DNA of 64,000 nt from Dehalococcoidia bacterium (GTDB taxonomy: Bacteria; Chloroflexota; Dehalococcoidia; Lucifugimonadales; Australimonadaceae), in contig CBDFLP010000012.1 of assembly GCA_965249325.1 (NCBI GenBank), positions 73,555 through 137,554 of the forward strand. The letters are read 5' to 3'. The notes beneath the pieces were generated by a model. The model was not told the origin of the DNA. It did not search any database and saw only the letters and a list, made by a program, of their open reading frames with translations. The translations under genes were made by a program, and so were the position numbers. This document shows positions 48,760 to 58,047 of the stretch, piece after piece (position 1 is the first letter of the stretch; every line of letters starts with the position of its first letter).

Positions 48760-48924
48760 TCCCTACGGCGAGTGTCTGGAGCGGCGCATCAGCCGTCGCC
48801 AACCAGGTTCCCGGAGATTTCAACCCCCGAAGTCTGAACAGTTACGCTTGCTGGGGCGTGTTGACACCCCTTGTCGGCGCGCCTAGCCTCACGCAAACCA
48901 CTAGGCACGAGGCGGAGGAGAGGA

Positions 48925-49932
48925 ATGACGACCGACGGCGTACTGCCTGAGGAGCTTGGGGAGCTTTCTCCCGAAGAGCTCTACGCGCTCTACATGGAGA
49001 AGCAGGTCAACTTCGGGCGTGCGGCGCTCGCGCTGGACAAGCGGCGCAAGGCGGGCCGCGTCCATGTTTCGGCCGCTGAGGCGAACGTGCAGGGGGCCGG
49101 GCCCAACCAGCGCATGATCGTTGGGCCGGAGCTCGGCTTCAATGTCCACAACCTCCACGTCTTCACCTCGGGACGCGCCGGCGGCTCCGAGCGCTATCAC
49201 ACCCACGGCGACGCGCTCAAGTACTACGTCAAAGGGGCTGGCCAGGAGCTCATCGAGGACGTCCGCTTCGACGTGGAGGTCGGCGACTTCTGCCACGTCC
49301 CGGCCAACATCTGGCACGGGACTGAGAACCCTCACCCGGAGCCGCTCGTTTTCCTGGCCGCGCAGCAGTTCCCCGGCACCTACCGGCAGGTCGCGACGCC
49401 GTTCGTCCACTTCACGGCGCCAAACAAGGCGCCGGAGGTCAGCGACCTCTCCGACGCCGAGCTCTCCAAGCTCGAGCCGTGGCCGCTTTACCTGCGGTAC
49501 CTCGAAGAGCAGATGGTGTTCGGACGGGTCGCGCTCGAGATGCAGCGCAGGCGGGAGCAGAAGCGCCTCTACGTCAAAGCCGCCGCCGCTCCGATCATGG
49601 AATGGGGCCCCGGCAGGCACCACATCATCTCCCCGGAGCTTGGGTTCGACATCTACTCGTTCCAGCTCTTCATGGAGAACGTGCCGGGGAAGACCGATCA
49701 GGGCGCTCCCCAAACGTCCGGCGACGCCGTTCGCTACTACATCGCGGGCCAAGGGGTTGAGGTCATCGGCGAGCAGCGGGTCAACGTGCAGGCGGGCGAC
49801 TTCACCTGTATCCCCGCGGGGAGCAGACACGAGACGCTCAACCCGCACGACGAAGACCTGCGGTTCATCTGCTGGCAGCAGATTCCGGGCACCTACGTAC
49901 AGGTCCACATTCCGGTATTGCCGGTGGACTAG
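48925..49932 (+). CDS. Bicupin protein (internal duplication)
   Basis: Two homologous halves: PELGFxxxx...HTHGDA...WHGTENP and PELGF...QTSGDA...RHETLNP. Confidence 0.85.
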   Translation: MTTDGVLPEELGELSPEELYALYMEKQVNFGRAALALDKRRKAGRVHVSAAEANVQGAGPNQRMIVGPELGFNVHNLHVFTSGRAGGSERYHTHGDALKYYVKGAGQELIEDVRFDVEVGDFCHVPANIWHGTENPHPEPLVFLAAQQFPGTYRQVATPFVHFTAPNKAPEVSDLSDAELSKLEPWPLYLRYLEEQMVFGRVALEMQRRREQKRLYVKAAAAPIMEWGPGRHHIISPELGFDIYSFQLFMENVPGKTDQGAPQTSGDAVRYYIAGQGVEVIGEQRVNVQAGDFTCIPAGSRHETLNPHDEDLRFICWQQIPGTYVQVHIPVLPVD

Positions 49933-49934
49933 CC

Positions 49935-52118
49935 ATGACCACCTATCGGGGTCAGGGCATGGCCCGCATGGAGGACGACCGGTTGCTGCGCGGCGGCGGG
50001 CAGTTCGTGGACGACATCCAGCTGGACGGGATGCTCCACGCCTCCGTGCTCCGCAGCACGGAACCGCATGCCCGTATCCGCTCCGTGGACGTGGCCGGAG
50101 CGCTAGCGAGTCCGGGCGTCGCCGCCGTCTATACCGGGGCAGACCTGGACGGCGTCGTGCCTGACATCGGCGCGATACGCCGCGAGGGCATGGGCGAGAC
50201 GCCAGTGCCCGAGCACCCCGTGCTGGCGCGCGACCGCGTCTGCTACGTCGGCCAGCCCGTCGCCATCGTCGTGGCGTCAACCAAGGCGGCGGCCTTCGAC
50301 GCACGGGACCGCATCGTCGTCGACTACGAGCCGCTCCAGCCCCTGCTCGACCCGCGCATATCGGCGGCGGACGCCAGCCCGCTGCACCCGCACATCGGCA
50401 CGAACGTCGTGATGCGCACGGAGGCGGGCGCGGGCGACGTCGCGGAGGCGTTCGAGAACGCGGACGAGATCGTTGAGGCGACCTACGAGATACCGCGCCT
50501 CGTCGCGATGCCGATGGAGTGCCGGGGCATCGTGGCCGCGCCGGACGCGGAGAGCGGACGGCTCACGGTGTGGACGTCCACGCAGGTGCCGCACCGCGTG
50601 AAGACGTACCTCGCAATGCTGCTCCCCGGCGATCTGGACGTGCGCGTCATCACCCCGGACGTAGGCGGCGGTTTCGGGCGGAAGATCGAGGTGTGGCCGG
50701 AGGAGGTGGCGACGACGTACGCGGCGGTGCAGCTCGGCGCGCCGATCAAGTGGACGGAGCAGCGTTCGGAGAGCACGCTTGCGTCGCACGGTCGCGGCTT
50801 CACGGCGGACGTGCAGGCCGCCGTGCGGAGGGACGGCAAGGTTCTTGGCGTCCGTATCCGCATGCTGGCGGACATGGGCGCGTACTTCCTCACGTCCAGC
50901 GGCGGGCCGCTCGGCAACGCCGTGCAGCGCGTCGCCGGGCCGTACGCCATCCCGGCGATGGACGTGGAATGCCTCGGCGTGACGACCAACCGTCCGCCCA
51001 CCGGCCCTTACCGGGGCGCGGGCGGACCGGAGGCCGCCGTGCCCATCGAGCGCATCATGGACGACGCCGCACGGCAGCTCGGCATGGACCCCGCCGAGAT
51101 ACGCCGACGCAACTTCATCCCCGCCGACGCCTTCCCCTACGAGACGGCCACAGGCCTCGTCTACGACTCCGGCAACTTCGACGCCGCGTTCGACCGCGCG
51201 CTCGACATGGCCGGGTACGGCGCGCTCCGCGAGCGGCAGGCATCCGAGAGCGGCCCGTTCCGCACCGGCGTCGGCGTCGCGACAGTCACCAAGGCGTCGG
51301 GCGGCAAGGCGAACGTGCGGAAGAGCCTCGCCCGCGTCGAGATGACGCCGAACGGGCGCGTCGTCATCGTCACGGACGTATCCCCGCATGGACAGGGCAC
51401 GGCCACGTCGTTCTCGCAGATAGCGGCGGACACGCTCGGCGTGCCTCCAGAGGCGGTGGAGCTGCACCACGGCGACACGGACGAACTCGCGTCGGGCGGC
51501 GGCACCACGTCGAGCCGGGGCCTCGCGGTGGGCGGCAACGCGGCCTATCTGGCGCTCTTGGAAGTGAAACAACAGATGGACGCGGCAGGCGGCAGCGTCC
51601 CGGCGGACGGCATCACCGTGGAACTGGAGTACGAACTGCCCGCCAACCCGTTCGGGTTCGCTGCGCACGTGGCGGTCGTTGAATTGGACGAGGGCACCGG
51701 GGACGTGCACCTCACAGACTACGCGGCGGTGCACGACTGCGGGCCGATGATCAACCCGGTCATCGTGCGCGGGCAGATACAGGGTGGCATCGCGCAGGGC
51801 ATCGGGCAGGCGCTGAGCGAAGGGATGCTCTACACGGCGGCTGGCTATCCGCAGACGGGCAGCTTCATGTCGTACGGCATACCCATCGCGGAGTCGTTGC
51901 CCGTGTTCCAGCTGGAGAACCAGCAGACGCCGTCGCCGACCAACCCGCTGGGCATCAAGGGCATCGGCGAGCTGCCGACGGTGGCCGCGCCCGTGGCCGT
52001 GACCAACGCCGTCGTCGACGCCCTCATACGCGCGGGCGCCGGGTCCGGGGCCGTCGACATGCCGCTGCTCGCCGAGCGCGTCTGGCGCGCGCTCCCGAGA
52101 GAGGGCAGCGAGCTCTAG
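49935..52118 (+). CDS. Xanthine dehydrogenase/CoxL-like molybdopterin large subunit (orphan)
   Basis: RMEDDRLLRGGG, DVGGGFG, GPYRGAG, HGQG, DCGPMINP and KGIGE motifs. Confidence 0.92.
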   Translation: MTTYRGQGMARMEDDRLLRGGGQFVDDIQLDGMLHASVLRSTEPHARIRSVDVAGALASPGVAAVYTGADLDGVVPDIGAIRREGMGETPVPEHPVLARDRVCYVGQPVAIVVASTKAAAFDARDRIVVDYEPLQPLLDPRISAADASPLHPHIGTNVVMRTEAGAGDVAEAFENADEIVEATYEIPRLVAMPMECRGIVAAPDAESGRLTVWTSTQVPHRVKTYLAMLLPGDLDVRVITPDVGGGFGRKIEVWPEEVATTYAAVQLGAPIKWTEQRSESTLASHGRGFTADVQAAVRRDGKVLGVRIRMLADMGAYFLTSSGGPLGNAVQRVAGPYAIPAMDVECLGVTTNRPPTGPYRGAGGPEAAVPIERIMDDAARQLGMDPAEIRRRNFIPADAFPYETATGLVYDSGNFDAAFDRALDMAGYGALRERQASESGPFRTGVGVATVTKASGGKANVRKSLARVEMTPNGRVVIVTDVSPHGQGTATSFSQIAADTLGVPPEAVELHHGDTDELASGGGTTSSRGLAVGGNAAYLALLEVKQQMDAAGGSVPADGITVELEYELPANPFGFAAHVAVVELDEGTGDVHLTDYAAVHDCGPMINPVIVRGQIQGGIAQGIGQALSEGMLYTAAGYPQTGSFMSYGIPIAESLPVFQLENQQTPSPTNPLGIKGIGELPTVAAPVAVTNAVVDALIRAGAGSGAVDMPLLAERVWRALPREGSEL

Positions 52119-52124
52119 AGCCGG

Positions 52125-53087
52125 TCAGCCGCGCTGGAGGTACGACTCCAGCGCCGCGCGGGATGAGTGCGCGAAGTGGTGGCCCAGCTCGGCTTCCAGC
52201 TTGGCCGTGCTGACGGTCCACGGCCATCGTATGAAGTCGAGGCCGATTGCGGGCGCGTCGCTCTGCGCTCGGGCCGTCCACGCCAGGTTAGTCAGCCCGT
52301 AGGCGAGGGAAGCGGGTAGGGAGAGCATTCGCTTGCCCGCCATCGCCACGACCTCCGACCAACGCACGCCTCCCGGCGCGGCGACGTTGTAGACGCCGGG
52401 GTGGGACTCCGTCATGAACCGCGCGAGCAGGTCCACGAGGTCGTCCTCGTGGACGAACTGCATCGCCGGGTCCGCGCCTCGTACGCCGATCAGCAGGGGC
52501 TTGTCCAGCGCGCTCGTGATGAAATTGCTCGCGTTCGGCCCCATCACGACGCACCCCCGGAGGACCGAGACTTCGCGATCGTTCCCTTGCTTCTGGAACC
52601 GCAGGAAGTGCTCCTCGCACGCCGCTTTGTCTTCCGCGTACGCGAACCCCTTTGGCGGATAGAGCGCCGCTTCCTCCGTAAGCGCGTCGGGATTGCCGGG
52701 TCGGGGGCCGTAGACGGTAGCGCTCGACATGAGCACGACGCGCCGCACGTCCGCCGACTCGCACGCCCTGAGCAGGCTGGCCGCGCCGCCGACGTTGACG
52801 CCCCAGCCCTCCTCGCGCTTGCGCGTCTGGCGCAGGACGAACGCGAGATGCGCGGCAACCTCGACGCCCGCGTTCTCGAATACGGCGCCGAGGGGAGCGC
52901 GGATGTCCTGTTGGACGTGGGTGTAGCGGACGTCCTCGATGATCGAGGGCCGGATATCCACGCCTACGATGCGGCGGACGCTATCCTCCCGCAGGAGACG
53001 TTCCACGAGGCGCTTACCGATGTACCCGGCTGCGCCGGTGACGGCCACGGTCGAGGGGGGGCCACCGCCGGTCTGCTGCGCGGTCAT
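52125..53087 (-). CDS. NAD-dependent epimerase/dehydratase (extended SDR)
   Basis: VTGAAGYIG, SSATVYG, YAEDK and QFVHEDD motifs. Confidence 0.9.
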   Translation of the reverse strand: MTAQQTGGGPPSTVAVTGAAGYIGKRLVERLLREDSVRRIVGVDIRPSIIEDVRYTHVQQDIRAPLGAVFENAGVEVAAHLAFVLRQTRKREEGWGVNVGGAASLLRACESADVRRVVLMSSATVYGPRPGNPDALTEEAALYPPKGFAYAEDKAACEEHFLRFQKQGNDREVSVLRGCVVMGPNASNFITSALDKPLLIGVRGADPAMQFVHEDDLVDLLARFMTESHPGVYNVAAPGGVRWSEVVAMAGKRMLSLPASLAYGLTNLAWTARAQSDAPAIGLDFIRWPWTVSTAKLEAELGHHFAHSSRAALESYLQRG

Positions 53088-53091
53088 CGCG

Positions 53092-53460
53092 TCAGCCGGG
53101 AGCGGCGTTGTCGGTGAATTCGAAGCCCATCTCGCCGAGCCCGGCCACCTCGAACCGCATCCCCACCGTGTGCGGCCCCGCCGCGATTGCGCCCCCGGAG
53201 TAGGCCACTATCGTCGTCTTGTTCATCGCGAGGGTGAAGGGCGTGTCGCCGGACACGGCGTCGAATGTGGCCTGCTTCCCCTCGATCTCGAACGTCGTCG
53301 CGGACATATCGAGCTCGTCGCCGTCGAGCGTGAGGGGAAGCAGACGCTTGGCATACCCCGATCCAAGCTGGTTCCGCAGCTCGAACGCGAAGCCGTCCGC
53401 CGTCGCCCGCAGACTCCCCTTCACGTACAGCCGCCGCAGCAGGAATGAGGGGACCTTCAT
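53092..53460 (-). CDS. Conserved hypothetical beta-rich protein
   Basis: MKVPSFLLRRLYVKGSLR...GFAFELRNQL. Start overlaps the upstream stop (ATGA). GGAGG RBS. Confidence 0.75.
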   Translation of the reverse strand: MKVPSFLLRRLYVKGSLRATADGFAFELRNQLGSGYAKRLLPLTLDGDELDMSATTFEIEGKQATFDAVSGDTPFTLAMNKTTIVAYSGGAIAAGPHTVGMRFEVAGLGEMGFEFTDNAAPG

Positions 53461-54146
53461 CGAATGCCTCCTCCCTCCTGCTCTGCCCCCCTGCGCATCC
53501 TGAACAGCTCCATCTCCGTCGCCACCGCATCCTCCGGGAGCGGTGAGGCGTTGCCGAGCGCATTGGCCACCGCATAGATGTGGGCAATGCGCTCGGCGAG
53601 CAGACACACGTTCAGCGCCAGCCCGACGCTCCCTCCGACGCCGACCAGCCCGTGGTTGCGGATGAGCGCGGCGTTGCGCTCGCCCAGCGCCGCCACGACA
53701 GCGTCGCCGATCTCCTCGGTGCCGGGGAAGGTGTACTCCGACACCTGAATGCTGTCGCCCAGGAGCACAACCATCTCGTCGATCAGCGGCGGGAGCGGTT
53801 GCCCTGCCACTGCCAGAGCGCTCGCGTACACCGAATGGGTGTGCATCACCGCGCTAACGTCGGGCCGCGCACGGTAGATGGCCACGTGCAATAGCATCTC
53901 CGTGGACGGCAGCCCATCCCCTTCGATCGGCTCCCCGTCGAAATCGACGACAACGACCTGCTCCATCCCCATCGACTCGTAGTCCTTGCCGGCGGTCGTG
54001 ATGGCGAGCAGCTCGGCATCGCCAAATATGCGCGCGCTGACGTTCCCCGACGACGCCACGACGAGGCCGTTGCGGTGCATCGCCCGCGCCGCGTCGAGCA
54101 CCCCGCGCCGCTGTTGCTCATAGCGTGTGTAGTCGGCGTTGGTCAT
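53457..54146 (-). CDS. Class II aldolase (L-fuculose-1-phosphate aldolase-like)
   Basis: SSGNVSAR, PSTEMLLH, VMHTHS and IRNHG motifs. Confidence 0.9.
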   Translation of the reverse strand: MTNADYTRYEQQRRGVLDAARAMHRNGLVVASSGNVSARIFGDAELLAITTAGKDYESMGMEQVVVVDFDGEPIEGDGLPSTEMLLHVAIYRARPDVSAVMHTHSVYASALAVAGQPLPPLIDEMVVLLGDSIQVSEYTFPGTEEIGDAVVAALGERNAALIRNHGLVGVGGSVGLALNVCLLAERIAHIYAVANALGNASPLPEDAVATEMELFRMRRGAEQEGGGIR

Positions 54147-54251
54147 CCGTCTAAGGATAGCAGTCAGCAGGGATGGTTCGGTTGAGCCTATCTGGCGGTT
54201 TGCGGTGGCCCATCCAATGGTTCAGAGAGGACCGAGGGGAGAGCCCGCAGC

Positions 54252-55544
54252 CTAGGACGGAGGCTGGCCGGCCTCCTCCGCCTGCCGCGCCCGCACGCGA
54301 GGGCCGACGATCCCCATGGCGATGCCGACCGGCACCATGAAGAGGAAGACCACGCCGATGACGTAGAACGCCGTCGCCAGCCCGAAAAGGTCCGCGATGC
54401 CGCCGACGGCGAAAGGGCCGACGAACGTCGCCAGGTGCCCCGCCGCCTGCGTCTGACCAAAGAACCGCCCTCGCGCCCCGCGCGGCGAGACGTCGATGGA
54501 GAAGGCGTGCGTGCCGACCATGACAAGGCTTGCGGCCCCGCCGAGCGCCGCCGCCAGAAGCACCATGCCGGCGAGGCCCGGGCCCTGCGCCGTCAATGCT
54601 AGGCCGGCTGCCGCCGCGAGTGCGCCGGGCACGAGCACGGCCTGCACCCCCCATCGGTCCGTCGCCCATCCGCCGCCGAACGAGGTCAGCAGCCCGCCGA
54701 TGCCCATCGCCGCGATTACGATGCCCAGCTGTGATTCCGCCAACCCGAGCGCCTCCTCCACGTAGACCGGCAGTATCAGGTCCTGCACCGTCGAGCGCAT
54801 CAGGTTCACCGCGAAGGTCCCGATCAACACGTACAGAAACCCCGTCGCGGCCAGGGCGGCTATGGCCGACGGCACGCCGCCCAAGCGGACAAAGAGGTTG
54901 GGCCTCGCGAGACGCGCCGTTTCTCTGGCGGCGGCTGGCGTGGCGGGCGTGGCGCGCGCCGAAAGCTGTCGCGTTTCGACCATGATGAAGATCATCACCA
55001 GGAGGCAGGCCATCTTGCTGAAGCCGTTGATGAAGAACGGCACGCGGATATCGTCGGTCAGGGCCCACGCCGCGCCGCCCACGATCGGCCCGATGATGCC
55101 GCCGAACTGCGCGAACCCCTGCTTGCGCCCGCTGATGCGGCCGCGGTCCTGAGGTGTCGAAACGTCCGCCGTGATGGTCTGCTGCGCCGTGCCCCAGATC
55201 GACGTGCCGATGCCGGAGCCGAACCGGAAGGCCAAGAGCGAGAAATAGGTCGGCGACAGGCCTTCCAGGAACGAGAACACCATGCGGATGAACACGCCGA
55301 TGCCCCCGATGCCCTGACGTCCGAACCTGTCCAGCAGGGGCCCGGTGATGTAACTCACGAAGAACCGCCCGGCGCCGCCTATCGAGACGACCAGCCCTGC
55401 CATCGCGAGGTTGTCGTTCAGCTGCAGCGAGAGGATGGGGATGACGGGCACCGCCGCCCAGAGGCCGAGGCTCCACGAGAAGGACATGAAGTATTGCGCC
55501 CAGATGACGCGGCGGCGCGGGAAGGCGGCGAGCTGCGGGTCCAC
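54252..55544 (-). CDS. MFS transporter
   Basis: About 12 hydrophobic segments. GPLLDRFGR and ATDRWG motif-A copies. Confidence 0.9.
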   Translation of the reverse strand: MDPQLAAFPRRRVIWAQYFMSFSWSLGLWAAVPVIPILSLQLNDNLAMAGLVVSIGGAGRFFVSYITGPLLDRFGRQGIGGIGVFIRMVFSFLEGLSPTYFSLLAFRFGSGIGTSIWGTAQQTITADVSTPQDRGRISGRKQGFAQFGGIIGPIVGGAAWALTDDIRVPFFINGFSKMACLLVMIFIMVETRQLSARATPATPAAARETARLARPNLFVRLGGVPSAIAALAATGFLYVLIGTFAVNLMRSTVQDLILPVYVEEALGLAESQLGIVIAAMGIGGLLTSFGGGWATDRWGVQAVLVPGALAAAAGLALTAQGPGLAGMVLLAAALGGAASLVMVGTHAFSIDVSPRGARGRFFGQTQAAGHLATFVGPFAVGGIADLFGLATAFYVIGVVFLFMVPVGIAMGIVGPRVRARQAEEAGQPPS

Positions 55545-57086
55545 CTACAGCTCCCCCGCCAGCGCATCGAGCTTGGCGCCCAGACGCAGCCAGCGCTCGT
55601 AGAGCTCGTTCGCTTCCAGCGAGCCTTCCCCGGGCTCAACGGTCTCTCCCTCCGCCGCGAGCGCCGCCGACCGCGCCGCCAGCTCCAAGGGCGGAGTCGT
55701 CACGATCATTGCTGCGCCGGTGGCCGTCGCCTTGCGATGGACCCGTACCGGCTCGTCGAGCACGTCCGCCAAGAGGCTGGGAAAGACGCTACTCTCCGCC
55801 ATCCCCCCCGACAATGCAACGCCTCCCGCGGCCCCCTCTCTAGTCCTTCCCCGCAGACGATGGAGAGGACTTTCGGAGGAATGACGGGACCGGGTTTCCG
55901 CCACCTCGCGGGCCAAGGACAAACTCTCACGGATAGCGAACGCCACGTTCTCCAGCGCTGCGCGGGCGACCGTGCCCGGATCGAGGCCCTCCCGAGTGAT
56001 GGGGACCGGCGACAGCAGACCCCCCATCGTCATACCGGGGTTCGACAGGTCGAGCGCCCGTGGGCCAAGGAATGCCGCGACGACGCGCGTGGTCTCCGGC
56101 GCATTGGCCGCGAGCGCGTCGAACCGCGCGGGCGTGACGCGCGGTCCGAGCAGGCGGCGGATGATGTCGACGGCGCCCCCCGTGTCGCCGGGGTTGGCCT
56201 CGACGACCCATCGCCCGTCTACGGATTGGAGCGTTGTCCACGTTCGCCGCCGGGGGTCGAAGGTCGGGGCCGCCGTCGTCACCTGTGCGGGCGCGCTCCA
56301 TCCCGCTGGGACCGATGCCGAGCCCTCCGATGCGGCGCCGCTCCCGACCGCCGCGGCCTGCGCGTCCGGCCCCGCCAGGCGCACCTCGACGGTGGCCGGG
56401 AGGCCTGTCGCATCGGCGGCGCCGCACGTCAGACGGCCCGCCGCGGCGCCCAGCGGCAGCATGCAAGGCAGGATGTCCGCGGATATGCGAAGCGTGTCGA
56501 GCAGGCCGGTCGCGGGCGCACGCGTGGACACGTCGAGCAGACCAAGCTCGGCCAGCCCCTGGGGCGTCTCGGCCAGCGCGCCGGTGAGCTGGAGCGCGGC
56601 CCACGCGTCCAGCCCTGACGCTTTGGCGATGCGGCTCGCCGTGCGCGGACGCTGCGCCCGCCACCAGCGGAGCTTGGCGGGAACGAGCATCAGCGACGGC
56701 AGATGACCGGCTGTTGCATGTACGAGCGGGCCGTGCTCCTCGTCTATAGCGCCGCCCTCGAAGACCGCGCGTATATCGTTCTGCGGCCCGGCGTATATCG
56801 TCCGCAGCTCCGCGTCGAAGAAACAGACCGCGCATCGCTGCCCGACGACCGCGACCGTCTCGACGTTTCCCTGCCCGACCTCGCGGGCTCCCTTCGCGAG
56901 CACGTCGAACAGCCGTCTTCGCAGAAGGCGCAGGTTGAAGCTCCGGTCCAGTCCGCCGACCCGAGCGCCGACGGTGGGGTAGGGGGCCGACGCCACCTCG
57001 ACCGTCTGCGCCGGACGCGAGCCCGCAACGCTCACGCAGCGCATCCGGCTGCTGCCGAGGTCCAGGACGAGCGTCACGCAGCCCAT
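55545..57086 (-). CDS. FGGY family carbohydrate kinase (LsrK-like)
   Basis: LDLGSSRMR, GQR, NDIRA, GPDAQAA, RAALENVAF and SGG motifs. Confidence 0.85.
   Translation of the reverse strand: MGCVTLVLDLGSSRMRCVSVAGSRPAQTVEVASAPYPTVGARVGGLDRSFNLRLLRRRLFDVLAKGAREVGQGNVETVAVVGQRCAVCFFDAELRTIYAGPQNDIRAVFEGGAIDEEHGPLVHATAGHLPSLMLVPAKLRWWRAQRPRTASRIAKASGLDAWAALQLTGALAETPQGLAELGLLDVSTRAPATGLLDTLRISADILPCMLPLGAAAGRLTCGAADATGLPATVEVRLAGPDAQAAAVGSGAASEGSASVPAGWSAPAQVTTAAPTFDPRRRTWTTLQSVDGRWVVEANPGDTGGAVDIIRRLLGPRVTPARFDALAANAPETTRVVAAFLGPRALDLSNPGMTMGGLLSPVPITREGLDPGTVARAALENVAFAIRESLSLAREVAETRSRHSSESPLHRLRGRTREGAAGGVALSGGMAESSVFPSLLADVLDEPVRVHRKATATGAAMIVTTPPLELAARSAALAAEGETVEPGEGSLEANELYERWLRLGAKLDALAGEL
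55832..55886. repeat. REP-like palindrome inside the kinase CDS
   Basis: CCCCCTCTCTAGTCCTTCCCCGCAGACGATGGAGAGGAC resembles the intergenic copy at 61586. It is followed by TTTCGGAGGAATGACG, resembling the family A end at 47077-47092. Confidence 0.65.
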
Positions 57087-57994
57087 CACGCCACCAGCGC
57101 CAACGAGCCGGCGACGGCCGCTGCGACTCCGGCGAGGGTGCGCGGATGGAAGCTTTCGTAGCGCCGGTTCACCACGTACCCAAGCGCCAGTGCGAAGATC
57201 GTCTGCGACCTGAGCAGCGGTATGACGATGGTGACGGGCGCGAGGCTCAGGGCGAGGAATCGGAACATGTGTCCGAGGAAGATGGTGAGTCCGCCGCTGA
57301 GGAACCAGACCTGCGTCCCGCGGTCGAGGTTCAGTGCGCCGGACGCCTGCCCGCTGAATAGCGCGATAGGCGCGAGAATCGCCGCCGCCGCGGCATAGGA
57401 GACCAGTCCGCCAAGCACGCCCAATCCGCCGCTGTCTTCGAGGGCGAAGCGGATCAGGATGGGGCTTACGCCGAACATCAGCGTGCCGAGCGCGGCGAAG
57501 CCGTAGCCTTCCAGGAGCCGGGCGGGGGCCTCGGCGTCCTCGGACGCTCCCGCGGGCGCGCGTCGGGGCTGCGGGCTGCTCGCGGCCAGGGCGGGCCCGA
57601 TAAAGATGAGCCCAATCCCAACGGCCTTCAGGGGAGTCATCGCCTCGTCGAGAAACGTGAGGGCGAAGAGCACGGAGAGGAGCGCCGTCCCTTGGAGCAC
57701 CGGAGAGCTTCGGTTCGCCCCGATGGCGGCGTAGGCCCGGAACGTGCAGTACCGCCCGATGAGGAAGTGAATGACTCCGGCAGCCGTCAGGGCCGCGTAC
57801 CCCCGGCCGGTGATGTCGCCGGTGGAGAAGAGCTGACCGCTCACCAGCGCCGCGATGAGGAATAACGGGACTCCGCCGATGACGGTTATCACGAGCCCCT
57901 GGCCCGCGGATCCCGCGACGGTCCCACGCCGCAGAAGGACGGTCGTTACGCCGAACAGCGTGGAGGAGATGAGCGTAAAGACGATGCCGAGCAC
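57086..57994 (-). CDS. DMT/EamA family transporter
   Basis: About 10 TM helices in two EamA-like halves. Confidence 0.85.
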   Translation of the reverse strand: MLGIVFTLISSTLFGVTTVLLRRGTVAGSAGQGLVITVIGGVPLFLIAALVSGQLFSTGDITGRGYAALTAAGVIHFLIGRYCTFRAYAAIGANRSSPVLQGTALLSVLFALTFLDEAMTPLKAVGIGLIFIGPALAASSPQPRRAPAGASEDAEAPARLLEGYGFAALGTLMFGVSPILIRFALEDSGGLGVLGGLVSYAAAAAILAPIALFSGQASGALNLDRGTQVWFLSGGLTIFLGHMFRFLALSLAPVTIVIPLLRSQTIFALALGYVVNRRYESFHPRTLAGVAAAVAGSLALVA

Positions 57995-58047
57995 TTGGGG
58001 AGCTTACACCTTCCCGTCACGCCTGGCGGGGAGAGTAAGATATCCCC

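Larger units (their letters stand above)
48001..48845. mobile_element. MITE-like non-autonomous element with a nested copy of its left end
   Basis: TIRs GTAACTGTTCAGA (48001-48013) and TCTGAACAGTTAC (48833-48845). 8-bp direct repeat GCTTGCTG at 47993-48000 and 48846-48853. The left 41 bp recur at 48699-48739 with 1 mismatch. Confidence 0.82.

Noticed and set aside
48348-48950. 200-aa ORF in the MITE-like element as a transposase
   Set aside because: No DDE or HUH motifs. It reads through the repeats and past the element's end.
31838-52118. Aerobic form I CO dehydrogenase
   Set aside because: None of the three large subunits has the VAYRCSFR Cu-binding loop.
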